Shown here: positions 52,560 to 64,000 of the stretch, one piece after another | Position numbering within the stretch: position 1 is the first letter of the stretch | Layout: each line of letters begins with the position of its first letter | Assembly (NCBI GenBank): GCA_965153455.1 | Contig: OZ234494.1 | Span: 12,400,001-12,464,000, forward strand | Source: Sphagnum compactum | Taxonomy: Eukaryota | DNA: 64,000 bases | Direction of reading: 5' to 3' | The notes under the pieces: generated by a model | Told to the model about the DNA's origin: nothing | The model's database searches: none | What the model saw: the letters and a program-made list of their open reading frames with translations, nothing else | Made by a program: the position numbers and the translations under genes

Positions 52560-53400
52560 CATAGTTTGGGTTGATTAGGAGTAGAATCAAAATGGAGGAC
52601 AACTCTTTTTGAAAATCCAATCACCTTGAAGTACCTTGGGTGCTTTTGTTAAACCTCAAAAATCAACATTACAAGCCAAGCATACAAATGAATAACCTTT
52701 GATATCCATATTTTTGAATTGGTTTGATTGACATAAAAATTGGTGTGAGGGTATAACTCCTTATGAAAATTCAACCACTAGACGCACTTTGGGTGCTTTA
52801 AGTTCAAAACTCAAAAGGCGGTTCACTTCAACAACTCAAATGAACAACTTTTACTATTCAAATTTTTGAAATTTTGGGGTTGATTGGGAATGAATTAGAA
52901 TGGGGCATAACTTTTTGTGAAAATTCAAACCACTTGAAGTATCTTGGGTGCTTTGACCTCAAACTTGAAAATTCAATAATACCTCAAGCATACAAATCAT
53001 AACCTTTGTTATTTGGGTTTTTAAAATTGGATTGATTGGGAACAAAATCAAAGTGGGGGCATAGGTACTACTAAAACCTCAACAACCTATATCTTAAAAA
53101 AATTGAATGCTTTAACTTAAAACTTCAAAACACCAACAACTTAGAACCATCTTTTAAGCATACAAACAAATAAGATATGCAATATGGGTTTCAAAACCTA
53201 AGTTGATTTGAAAGCCAATCACATTTGGGGTTATAATTTAATTCATACCTCAACTCCTCCCAATTACTTTGAACATTTCATCTCTTGAAATTTGGGTCCT
53301 AAATACCTTAAGCAAGTAAATAAAGAAGAAATTCACATTTGTTGATAATTGGATTTGATTACAAAAGGTTTAGGGCATGAACACAATCACATGCAATTCA
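52560..53400. repeat. Degenerate ~153-bp tandem array (5-6 units)
   Basis: TTGATT anchors at 52571, 52724, 52880, 53032, 53203 and 53355. Recurring TGAAAAT(T/C)CAA, TTGGGTGCTTT and AAGCATACAAA blocks. Confidence 0.7.
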
Positions 53401-55983
53401 AAAATTTAATTAGGAATTGAAGCTCATAAATTGAATGAAGGCATGCAAATCAAACAAGGAAAAATAACAACCACATTTAAAACAATAGAATGGGATCCCC
53501 ACTTGCTTATAAATATCTATTATTGTGAATTTGTGTTCAAACCAAGGCGCCCCTAGTTGCTACCATCTACAACTCCAAATCCTTTCTCCTAAAAATTGAA
53601 GCCAAATTATCTTGAAAAACTCACAATCAAGCCAAAACTAACAACTCACATTTGAGTCAAATTGCAACTACATTATATTTCAATAAAATTTAACTTCAAC
53701 TAGTAGCCATTCATGACAAAGACCTCTTGAAAGATCTTCCTAATTAAAAAACCATCAAAAGGAAACAAACAATGACATTTTATTGAAATTGACTACAAAA
53801 GGTCTAGGGTTCATGATTGAAAACAAAAAAACCTACATGAATAAAAATATTTGGGAATAAGGGGATGATTAGAACCTACCTACATGAATTGCAAATGTAC
53901 CAAACAAATATAAGTAGGATATTTTGTTTTGTCAAAATAATACCTTGCAAATAAGGTATTGTTGGCTATTTAAAAAGTTATACTAGGATAGGTAGGTTTT
54001 TAATTGTATAGTAATTTAGTTTTTGAACTAGTAGGAAGGGTATTTCATACTTTGACTAGATTTGGGTTAATAACAAATAATGTCAATAACCACTAATGAA
54101 CATTGTTATAAACTTTCTTCTTTTCACCTCACATGATGTGAATGGGTAATTATCATAGATACATAAGTAACAAATGCGAATGCTTACTATTTAAACTTAT
54201 CGATGATTACTAGGTGTGTAAATATACTGGATGGTTAGTACATAGTTAACCATCATAATTAGTTTTGAGATGGAAATCCACAAAAAAATGATTCTTGTCC
54301 ATATATCATCCATCTTACATCTTGTGCCCATGAGTCCTAGTTCCCTTTGACCTTTCCGAACCTTTGTAACCATGAAAAAACAAGTGATTTTTTCAAGAGA
54401 AGCTTTATTCAAATTTGATGTTTTTATTATATCCAAGAAGGAAATATAAATGTAAATGTATTGTATATCACCTTTGTAGCTTGGACATTAATTATATAAT
54501 TTGTAAAAATGTTGAAAAAACAAAAATGTGAAAGAATATAAAGATTATTTGGGAATATTCAATAATATTCCACTTGTTGAAATGAAATTGTGAAAATTAA
54601 ATGTTTATTCAACATATATGTGTTGGAGTTGCCAAGATATTGTGGTATATGGTTTTGAACTTAAACTAAATGGTTGGGATTTTGTTCTTGAATATGTAGC
54701 TTGATTTAAATGAGATTTTTCTTTTGCTAGCATGCAAAAACATTATCAACCCACCTTTTGAAGTCCAGAAATTAGGTCACAAAAAGTTGAGGGGGAAGGT
54801 AGGATTAACTAATGAACAATTTTTTTAAAATGTGGTAATTTAAATTCAATTTTATCTAACATTTGTTCAAGAGGTGTAACATTTTAATTGACACTTGCAT
54901 TATCCAATTCGCTACCCCTATGCTTGCAAAATGACATGTCACAATGCCTTTGTGAGACAATGCAAAAAACTTTTGAGGAAGAAAGTAATACTAACTAGCA
55001 AAACAATTTTTGAAAATTGTGACAATTTAAATATAATGAGGCAATTTGAGGAAACATTATTCGAAAGGTGAAACACCTGAATAGACTTTTGCTTTAATTC
55101 CTCACCCACTATACATGCTCAAAGTTAGTTCCAAGAATGCCTATGTGGGACATAGCGAACTAAGGCAATTGATTCTACATGGTGTGTTGATGGGTGTTGG
55201 TTCACTTTTGCCCTTTCAAACCTTCATAACTATGAGGAAACCTTGTTCTTTTGACAATTGATTTACATTATGTATACCTAATAAGAGTCAAGACATTTGG
55301 AGAAAGATATTAGTGTTCAAATGAAGGCAAGTTTATTATTTGATGTAATTTACACCCATAGTAAGGAGGGTATATGGTACTTCATTTCAATGAAGGTTAT
55401 TATGTTTTTATAGAGTTCTAGCTATTCAAGAGTTTATTTAACCACTAATTTTGTATTATTTTGTTTGATCTCATCTATTGGTCTTTTTCTTTATTATGAG
55501 TAAGGCACTTGACACCGGTGCCAATCACTATAGCCAACCAATAAAGACCAATCATTTTATTATGTCTTCACAATTTGTGCCCCTACCTTTAGCCAAGGCC
55601 AAAATAGGCAATCAACACAATTGGGAATATAAATTTGTTCAACCAATGAGTAATTGCAATTTGCACCCATAGATCCAATTTTTTTCCTTTTGGGGGGGGT
55701 GGATTTTTTGTTGTTCCCGATGTGTTCCCACTAAATTCTCACTATGTTACCATCAAATTCTCGATAGGTTTCCAACATGGTCCTCAAGTCCCAATAGCAC
55801 CTCAGTTTCATTTCATATGGTTTGCCCAAAGTTCAATTCTCCTAAATATAAACTGAAAAGGTGGGGCATAGGGAGCGCATTTTGAGGAGTGCCCAATGTT
55901 TCCAAAAAAAATTGGTGATGGGCCAATCAATAACTCCTTTTAAAAAAAAAGAAAAAATTAGTGTGAGTGCATCCATGAACTAA

Positions 55984-56448
55984 TCTATCTATGAAGCAAG
56001 GTAGTTTGTTTTGTTTGTCATGCTGAGATCTCCCAAACCAAGGAGCTTCATGCTGCACTCATGGTACCGTTGGAAAGCTCTTGAAGAGTAGTAGTAGTAG
56101 TAGGGGTGCACCCACTTGGTTTGAAACTGTTTGGAGCTATGGTGTGGAAGCTATTGATTATTGAACCATTTTCCTCATGAAAAACTAAATGAAATCAAAA
56201 CTGAAAAACATATTGGAATTTGGGGGTTGGGGGGGGGGGGGGGGGGGGTGCATTCTTCGAAAGCCGTTGGAGAGTCAGATTTAACAAACTTATTTCACAA
56301 ATTTTTTCAGAGCCAAGGAGTGGAAGATATTGATTTTCAAGTTTGGATTTTGTTGGTGGGAAATTCAAACAAATTGCAAAAATTGGGTTCGGAAGGAAAA
56401 AAATGAGTTAAGCCCTTAAATGTGTTCACACTTGGGCAAACGGCACAG
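55984..56448 (+). mobile_element. Probable non-autonomous Helitron-like insertion upstream of endonuclease V
   Basis: Begins A|TCTATCTATGAAG (Helitron-type 5' TC). It ends near a degenerate GC hairpin (GGGCAAACGGCACAG), but the terminal CTAG is not present. Confidence 0.35.
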
Positions 56449-56451
56449 ACT

Positions 56452-56488
56452 AAACCCTAAACGTCAGACAGGCCCAATATGATGGGCT
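56452..56488 (+). promoter_or_regulatory. Telo-box plus two site II (TCP-binding) elements in the endonuclease V promoter
   Basis: AAACCCTA (56452-56459), GGCCCA (56471-56476) and TGGGCT (56483-56488), 55-90 bp upstream of the ATG at 56544. Confidence 0.6.
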
Positions 56489-56543
56489 CCTTTTCAGATG
56501 TCTCCGAATTGCCGCAATTCCAATTTGTCACGGGAGGGATTCA

Positions 56544-59137
56544 ATGGCGGAAAGCTCTGAAATTGGAGGAAGCATGCATGTCGAAGATGGGAGCTCGGCT
56601 CTAAAAGAAGAATGGATTACGTAAGTTTTTGTGTGATCTTTTTATGTGTTGTTGCCGCCGTTTGGAATTTGTTGCATAGGGAATCGAAGGTCGAGAGAGA
56701 GAGAGCTTTTGAATCTGATCGAAGCTCTTGTTGTTGTTGTTGTTGTGTTACAGAGAGCAAGAGCTTTTGAAAAGAAGATTGATGCTTACAGATGATTTTT
56801 CGTGGAAGCTTATTACAACGTCCTCCAACGATGAAGACTCGGTTGCTGTGAATTCCAGTGGCATTTTGGGTCAGAGTAAGCTTCGGTATGTTGGTGGAGT
56901 GGACTTGAGTTTCTCAAAACTGGATGAATCTATCGCTTGTGCAGCTCTTGTTGTCATGGACTTGGAGATCATGCAAGTTGTTTATGAAGATTTTGACACA
57001 GTGAAGCTTACCATGCCCTACATTGCTGGTTTTCTCGCCTTCCGCGAGGTTCTCTCTCTCTCTTTGCTGCACATCACATTTTGGATGCAATTTGTTCTCT
57101 CTCTCTCTCTTCACTGTAGATCACATTTTTAATGCAATTTGTTCTCTGTCTCTTCACTGCACATCACATTTTAAATGCAATTTGTTCTCTGTCTCTTCTT
57201 TGGAAATCACAGTTTGAATGCAATTTGTTCTTTCTCTCTCTCTCTCTTCACTGCATATCACATTTCGAATGCAAATTGTTCTCTATCTCTTTTTTGGAAA
57301 TCACAGTTTGAATGCAATTTGTTCTCTCTCTCTCTCACTCACTCTCTCTCTCTCTCCACAGCACATCACACTTTGAATGCAATTTGTCCTCTCTGTCTCT
57401 TCACTGCACATCATATTTTGAATGCTATTTTGGTTTAGAGTTTTTGCATGGACTCATTCAATTTTTCTTGTTGGAAGCAGACTCCAGTGCTCCTTGGACT
57501 TCTGCAAAAGATGGCTCTCAAGGAGCCTGCTTTATATCCACAAGTACTTCTCCATCTGTAGGTAGCTTGTCAAGGTTGGAGCTGAGGATACTGTGTTCAG
57601 GAGTGACTATGAGAGTGTCATTTTCTGTCTTGGGAGATTGCACATACCAATGTTGAACTACATCGATTTCTTGTTCTTTCTCATTTGGTTGGTCTTTTAT
57701 ATATGCGCATCTGGAAGTTGCATTTCGAAGCTTTGATTTGATGTTGAGTGAGGTTCTGGATGCAGTTATTGATGGTTGATGGGAATGGCATTCTTCACCC
57801 GAGAGGTCCGCTTTATTCATTTGGAATTGCTATTTCACTTCTCAATTTCTTGCCAGTAGCAGTTCAGTTACTCTGTTTCTGTAGACTATGCTTCATTTCT
57901 TACAAGAAATGTTTTCGAGTGTGATGCTTTTTGGAGTTCATCGTTCATTGTAAAACCATCAATTGTAATGGAGAATGCTCAGATAATCATTATGTAGAAA
58001 TGTTGCAATCACACATGATCTTTTAATTGTGGCCTTAGTCACCCGACTTGATGCTCTCCAGTCATGTCTGGATTGTGATGCAGTTTGCTTGAACATAATA
58101 TCTACAAGCTCCATAACCAATTTGTCAGTCCCTTCACTACCAGGATTGTTTTCATCCCTAAGACAATTGTCAGAGGTATAAAGATCTGTTCTTCAACCAA
58201 GAGTTTGTTGTCTTGCAGGTTTTGGACTGGCCAGCCACCTGGGAGTCTTGGCAGACATTCCCACCATTGGAGTTGGGAAGAATGTACATCATGCAATCTC
58301 TTTTGTCTCTGAAATTCTATTGCTCTATATCTCTACTTATTGCAACCCAGAGCATATTCCATGTACTATCATTGCAATCAATTTTTTGGTTCCATCTTAG
58401 CAGGAAATAGGCTGTTAAGTAACAATTGCATTGTCAGTTTATGTGATACAGCTGCACCATGTTGATGGGTTAACAAACCTGGAAGTTAGGAATGTTGTTG
58501 CAAAGAGCAACCTGCAAGCTGGTGATGTAGTGCCCCTGATTGGAAGCACTGGTCAAGTCTGGGGTGCTGTAAGTTATCTCCCAGAATCTCATCATGATTA
58601 CAGACTGAGTTTCTCTTTTGAAAGTTTTGCTCTTAAACTTTGCTCATATTCTGAGCATGTCATATGAATTGCTGTGACAAACACAGTGTTTAATCTTGAG
58701 ATTTTGTTGCCTCATGCAGCTCATTGCACATTGCCTATTGCTACCATCCAAAGTCCTGTTTTGACACACAATCTAAATTCAAATGCTTGATTTCAGGCCC
58801 TCCGTAGTCATGAAGGATGTCAGAAGCCTATTTTCATCTCCATTGGGCATCGAATCTCACTTGACACAGCTGTTGCGGTTGTTCGCTGCTGCTGCTTGCA
58901 TCGTGTACCTGAACCTGTTCGACAGGTTTTCTCTCTTTCTCTCAACTGCAGTGATAAGTGGCCACATTGAAGAAATCACCCTTGTGCTTTATGATCTATC
59001 CATTGTCATGAGGGTCTGGGATGTAGCCAGTAACATCTCAAAAGACACTTTCCTCTTATTGTAACACAGAACCTATGGGTTGGTTGAAGCAGGCAGACTT
59101 AAGATCCAGGGATCGACTTCGCTTAAGGATTCCATAG
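56544..59137 (+). CDS. ENDOV: Endonuclease V (inosine-specific nuclease); 8 exons: 56544-56620, 56754-57048, 57481-57543, 57766-57805, 58219-58283, 58452-58568, 58797-58925, 59093-59137
   Basis: In-frame GT-AG splicing gives YVGGVDLSF, PYIAGFLAFRE, LLMVDGNGILHPRGFGLASHLG, PTIGVGKNL, KPIFISIGHRISL and RVPEPVRQADLRSR. Stop TAG at 59135-59137. Confidence 0.93.
57049..57430 (+). repeat. Minisatellite (8 units, ~43-65 bp) filling most of ENDOV intron 2
   Basis: Unit GTTCTC(TC)nTTCACTGCACATCACATTTTGAATGCAATTT, with two TTTGGAAATCACAGTTTG variants. The first unit begins at the splice-donor GT. Confidence 0.9.
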
Positions 59138-60456
59138 CAGCAAGCACATCCACTGGACATCAAATCTTCAACAAAAGCCAAGTCACATGCAACCTCAATT
59201 CTTCAAATCTGTCTTCTTGTATAAATGCAGGGGGGAAAAATCATGTACCAATTATGCTTTAAACCTTGATTTTAACCCTAGATCACACGAACCTAAAGAA
59301 CTGTGAAACCTGAATACAGGCCCTAGGAAATCTCTCAGCAACAATCAATTGGAATGAGTCTACTCACCCAGATGCTATTAAAGATGCTCTTTATCAGATT
59401 GATACATCTTCCAAATGTAAATAGTGTTGCTAGCTAGAGCAGTTTGAGAGAGATCTCAATCATGTACATAATTTGTACCTTCCTACAAACTCCAGAATTG
59501 ATCCTAGCAATGTTCTTCAAGTGGGTGTTTTTCATGTACACATTTTCCACCTTGAAATGGAGTGGAGATCCTGGAGGATTGTTGGCTTCCACACTGTAAG
59601 ATCAGTTCCTGCATGTCTTGCGGGCTTGAGCTCAAGGATCATGACCAAGGAGTAACTCAGTAGTTGGCACTGGATCCTACTTTCCAGATAGTTGCATTGT
59701 TTTGTAAGTGTTGCTCCACATGGATATCTGTAACATATGTGATGGATCTTGTGAAGCTTCATCATTCCCAGTGAGAATTAAGCTGTAAGCCTGTTTAGAG
59801 ACAGATTCACAATTTTGCAATGAAGACTTCTTGTAATCCCAGATTTGATTGATGATATGTGATCCAACTGCTTGGACTGTGCAACAACTTGTATTGCAAT
59901 AGCTGCAACTATGTTTAGATGATGGAATCAGAATTCCAAAGATTTAAACCAACATCTGCGAGAACTTGTATTTGCACCAAAATTGATCTACCTTGCAATG
60001 AGGCATTTTCAAGAGTGGGAGCAAGAGCATGTGCTGGCGGGCTTGATGTTTTTTGTCAACCGACATTCTCATCAGCTTGAAAGTTCTTCTGTCGTGCAAT
60101 GCAAGAAGACAATGCAAAGCCAGGTGATGTTGCTAATTTTGTTGAATGCTGGGGGCTTTCAGCACAGGGATGTAAATGCTCTTAAAACTCAAAGCTACCT
60201 ACTGAGAAGAACAAGTTCTGAGCAGACACTGAGTCTGAGAGGGTCGGATCTGACACCACATACATCTTACAGTACGCATTTCTCGAGATTGGATGCGGTC
60301 AGACATCAATCCTCAAGGGACTTGGATCCTTAGTATTGATTCCTGATATTGGAATATGCATTTGGATCATGATATACTTTTGGGTTTGGCTGAAAGCAAG
60401 GTTAAGGGTAGAAAGCAGGCAAACATCATCGTTTTCAGAGAAGAATTGGTGTGAGC

Positions 60457-63400
60457 ATGTGCATCTCCATGTGGAAGTCATGGCTGCTCCCCACGCTAGC
60501 GGCGGCGGCTTCGCTTTCTTTCACCGGCCTCGGCCTCCTCGGAGCTCTTACGAGAAGAAGCCCCTCACAGCTACCTCACTTGTTCTTGGGGGTGGTGGTG
60601 TTGGGCGTTCTGGGATTTCTTCTCACCATTCCCATGCTCCTCGATGTGGTGAGGAGCAAGAAGCGTCACCAGGAAGGCGAAGAAGAGAGAAGGATTGAGA
60701 TAAACGCCGGGTGCGGAATCTGGCCACCACCCTGGTCACGCACCGTTGCCTCGCTTTGTCAAGAACTGGGCGTCCAGCCATCGCGGGGATTAACGACCTC
60801 TGAAGCCATCGCTCGCATGAAAGAGCATGGCAGTAACCGCATTGAGGTGCTGGACATGCCAGGTTACTTCAGCTTCGTTGTCAAAGAGATTTACGAGCCC
60901 ACTCAGGTGCTTCTCTGATATACCTCTCTCAAATGTATTTCCAGTTTGAGCTTCTTTCTGGAAATTTGTCAAACTTTCTGCAGAACATTCTTCTTCACAA
61001 ACTGCAACAATTGCTCTGGGAATCTTCAGGTAAGCAGATTCGTGCTTTGATTACATGCTGGTTGTAGCTACTCCTCAATGGCGTGGCATGAGATCATACC
61101 ACCATGCCATCATGCAACAAATCCCTTGCTTGCTACTACTATTGCTATTGAAGGAAAACAAGAGGAAACATGTGATGAGAAACTTTTTTTCCTGTCAGTG
61201 ATCTTCTGATCTTTCTTTTTTGATTAGAACTCAATACAGTTGCAGCAACAACTGCTGTATCTTGGTACCATGAATTGACTACAAAAAACCTTGTTAGATC
61301 TTTTTGTCTTCAAATCACTTACGGGATAAAGTTTGGTCTGCAGCTCCTGTTGCTGTGTGTTGGAATATTGTATGTCATGTTTGGAAGCTTGGAAGAAGGT
61401 GCAACAGCATTTGTTGTCATCTTCCTCATGATTGCTGCTGAGGTTGGGACTGAATGGCGCGCCAAGCGAGCATTGGCCAGTCTCAAGATCTCTGTGCCCC
61501 GTGATGCACTTGTCAGAAGGGATTACCAAGTTTTGAGAGTCCCAGCAAGTTATCTGGTGCCTGGTGATATTGTACATTTGGAGGCAGGCATGGTATGGAT
61601 TTTTTTGTGTCTGAGTTATACAAACAATATGGTTGCTGATTTTGGTTTTCCCTGATCGCATTGTCTTGTTGTTCATATCTCAGCTTGTGTCATCACAATT
61701 GTGGCTGCAATTCCGGTTTTAGTCAGTTGGGCTTCTGAATGTTTTAAAGCAGGGAGGTTTAATCTGATGATGCAGGAGGTGCCTGCAGATGTGCGAATAC
61801 TGCAGTCACATTCCTTTGAAGTAGATGAATCAAAGATGACAGGGGAGTCAACTCCAGTGTCAAAGAATGCCCTTATGTTATGCCCGTCCGAGGTTTCACT
61901 GCTAGAGCGAACCAACATTGCTATGGCAGGCAGTCGGGTGTCAAGGGGTAAAGCAGTGGGGTTAGTGTACCAGACAGGTGTTTTGACAGCTTTGGGTCAA
62001 GTTTTACTTCTTGCACGCAAAGTGAAAGATAAGAAGACAAAGCTTCAGAAGGTGATGAAAGAGGTGGCATGGATACTTACCATGGTTGCATTGGCAGCAA
62101 GTGCAGTTGGAGCACTATTGGGTTTACTCAAGCACATGCATTGGCAAGATGTTTTACTTTCAGGTTTAAGCTTGGCATTTGCTACAATACCTGAAGAACT
62201 CCCAATCCTCATTGCTGCTGTTTTGGCTGTTGGGGGTCAAAAACTGTCCTTGAAAGGAATGTATGTGAAGCATCTACGTGCAGCTGAGAATCTGGGTTTT
62301 GTGGACACTGTACTCACTGATAAAACAGGAACGCTCACAGAAAACCAATTGCTCCTCTATTCAGGGCATGTAGCCACGGGTGTCCTGTCTGTTGATGAGA
62401 TGAAGAAGGGGGGATTTGTCATGATTGATAGGCATAATTCTTCAGATTTTGCACCATTGTTTGTGGCATGGCTCTTCATGTCAGAGATAGGTGAGGAACT
62501 CAAAGATGAGGGTCAGGATATTGAGATAACTGGTACTCTTGCTAAGGAACAGGAGCTAGGACCTTTTACAGAGCCACAGGCTGATGATGTTCATTTGGAG
62601 ATACTCCCTTTGACGGACTCCATTGAACTCTCAGCAACTGAGGGTCCTGCCTCTTCAACTGTTGGCAATGTTTCATGTGAGTCTTCAGTCCTGTAGCTCT
62701 GCAAGCTGGAAGATTACTTTGATCGCTCTGCATTGGTTTGTATTGCATGATTTTGACTGATGAATTGTGGACCACTGAGCTCTAGATTCCTGACGTATCA
62801 TGTATCAAAGGCAGCCTTTTTTTCCTACATCTTCTTATGGATGATTGCCACATAAAAAAAATCCTAACAAAAGCACTGATCACAGCTGTACTTGGAGATG
62901 TTTTCGATCATGCTGTGCTAGCTGGCTTGGGTGCTAGACTTCAGCAAGGTCGGTCTCGATTCAAATGTGCTATCACTGCTGAAGATACACACATCCAACA
63001 ACACCTCAGAAGCATACACAGTGTCAGAGCAGGAGCCAAGCTTCTGTTGGAGTCTCCATTTGATCCCACTCTCAAGTTTGCTTCCAGGATATTTCAAATT
63101 CATACAGCAGAACGGAAGATGTTTGTGAAAGGAGCTCCAGAGCTTCTTCTTAAGCATTGCTCCTTTTTGCTGCAAGATGGGTGCACTGTCCCAGTTGGTG
63201 CTTTTAGGAAACTGTTGGAGGACCAGGTCAGTGAAGCAGCATCTAGAGGTTAGTTCCATCTGGATCCACAAATTCAATTTTTGTTGAAACATGAAACAAA
63301 GTTGGCATTGTGAATATGTGTTCACTCGCCATGAATGCATTTGTTTCATGTTGTAGTGAGTTGGATGTATTACTTGTCTGGACTTTGTAACAAAAAGTAT

Positions 63401-63959
63401 ACACTATTGGAATTTGAATGTGGCTCGACATAACACACTCAGTGAGTTGTCAATGTTGGAACCTTACCTGAAACACTAGTCTTGTTTTCTTGTGTTTTTC
63501 CAGGCCTTCGACTGATTGGCTATGCACACAAGGACCTACCATCTGCTGAGGAGTTTGCTACCAATTCAAATGAAGATGGTGGATCATATGCTGTTCTCAA
63601 AGGCACAGTGTTCCTTGGATTCCTAGGCTTTCAGGATCCTGTGAAATATGGAGTGGCCAAGGCTGTGAAGACATGTCAAGAGGCTGGGGTGAGGGTGATC
63701 ATGGTGACTGGGGACCATGTCAAGACAGCATTGGCTGTGGCAACATCCGTTGGAATCTTGAGTGCCCAGGAGTATGAAGCAAATTGCAATACAGGAGCTG
63801 TTTCTTGCACAGACATTCAACTTGTGGGCATGGTAGCAGAGGACACTAGGATATTGTTGGACACTACAAGTGTTTTTGCTCGAGCAACTGCTGCTGACAA
63901 GCTCACAATACTGGAAGCTCTTCAGGCGTCTAAAAAGTGTGTGTTGGTGACTGGTGATG
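60457..63959 (+). CDS. P-type (P2-like) cation-transporting ATPase, 3'-truncated by the window end; exons 60457-60906, 61344-61592, 61776-62676, 62886-63248, 63504-63959, continuing
   Basis: Spliced motifs: GLTTSEA..R..EHGSNRI, LVPGDIV.LEAGMEVPADVRI, VDESKMTGES, TM4 AFATIPEELP, DKTGTLTEN (Asp codon 62319), KGAPE, GLRLIGYA, GFQDP, VIMVTGDH..TA, VFARA and LVTGD. The start could be ATG 60457 or 60469, with an upstream in-frame stop at 60409. Confidence 0.9.
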
Positions 63960-64000
63960 GTATGTTTACCCTCTCTGTATACATATGCCTATTTGTTATG

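Noticed and set aside
57016-57027. EndoV wedge motif PYIA instead of PYIP
   Set aside because: This position varies among eukaryotic EndoV proteins and the catalytic acidic residues are intact.
52560-57430. CRISPR-like array interpretation of the tandem repeats
   Set aside because: Eukaryotic context, no unique spacers between identical repeats, and no cas genes.

Overview
Eukaryotic land-plant genomic DNA, probably a bryophyte. The repeat landscape resembles what I recall for peat moss (Sphagnum), but this is unverified. Five intron-containing + strand genes can be spliced by eye with GT-AG junctions: mitochondrial NAD-malate dehydrogenase (5940-9722), TGD1/MlaE-type plastid lipid ABC permease (27783-30763), a GH17 beta-1,3-glucanase-like protein with an X8 domain and GPI-type tail (35947-38489), endonuclease V (56544-59137), and a P-type cation ATPase that runs off the window end (60457->63959). 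Between them lie AT-rich, decayed transposon regions: Ty3/Gypsy RNase H and pogo/DDE_1 fragments, two solo LTRs, a Helitron2/Helentron-like RepHel relic, a CRE-clade-like RLE non-LTR retrotransposon, several MITEs, non-autonomous Helitrons and tandem arrays. The most notable points are: (1) the P-type ATPase has a non-canonical TM4 motif (IPEELP), a prokaryote-like TM1-2 signature and an extra N-terminal hydrophobic hairpin; (2) the GH17 protein has its catalytic acid/base NE motif replaced by SD; (3) the CRE-like element appears to be part of a 4.6-kb insertion with a ~20-bp target duplication that also carries a 1.7-kb segment with an antisense promoter. All coordinates were read manually and no database searches were run.
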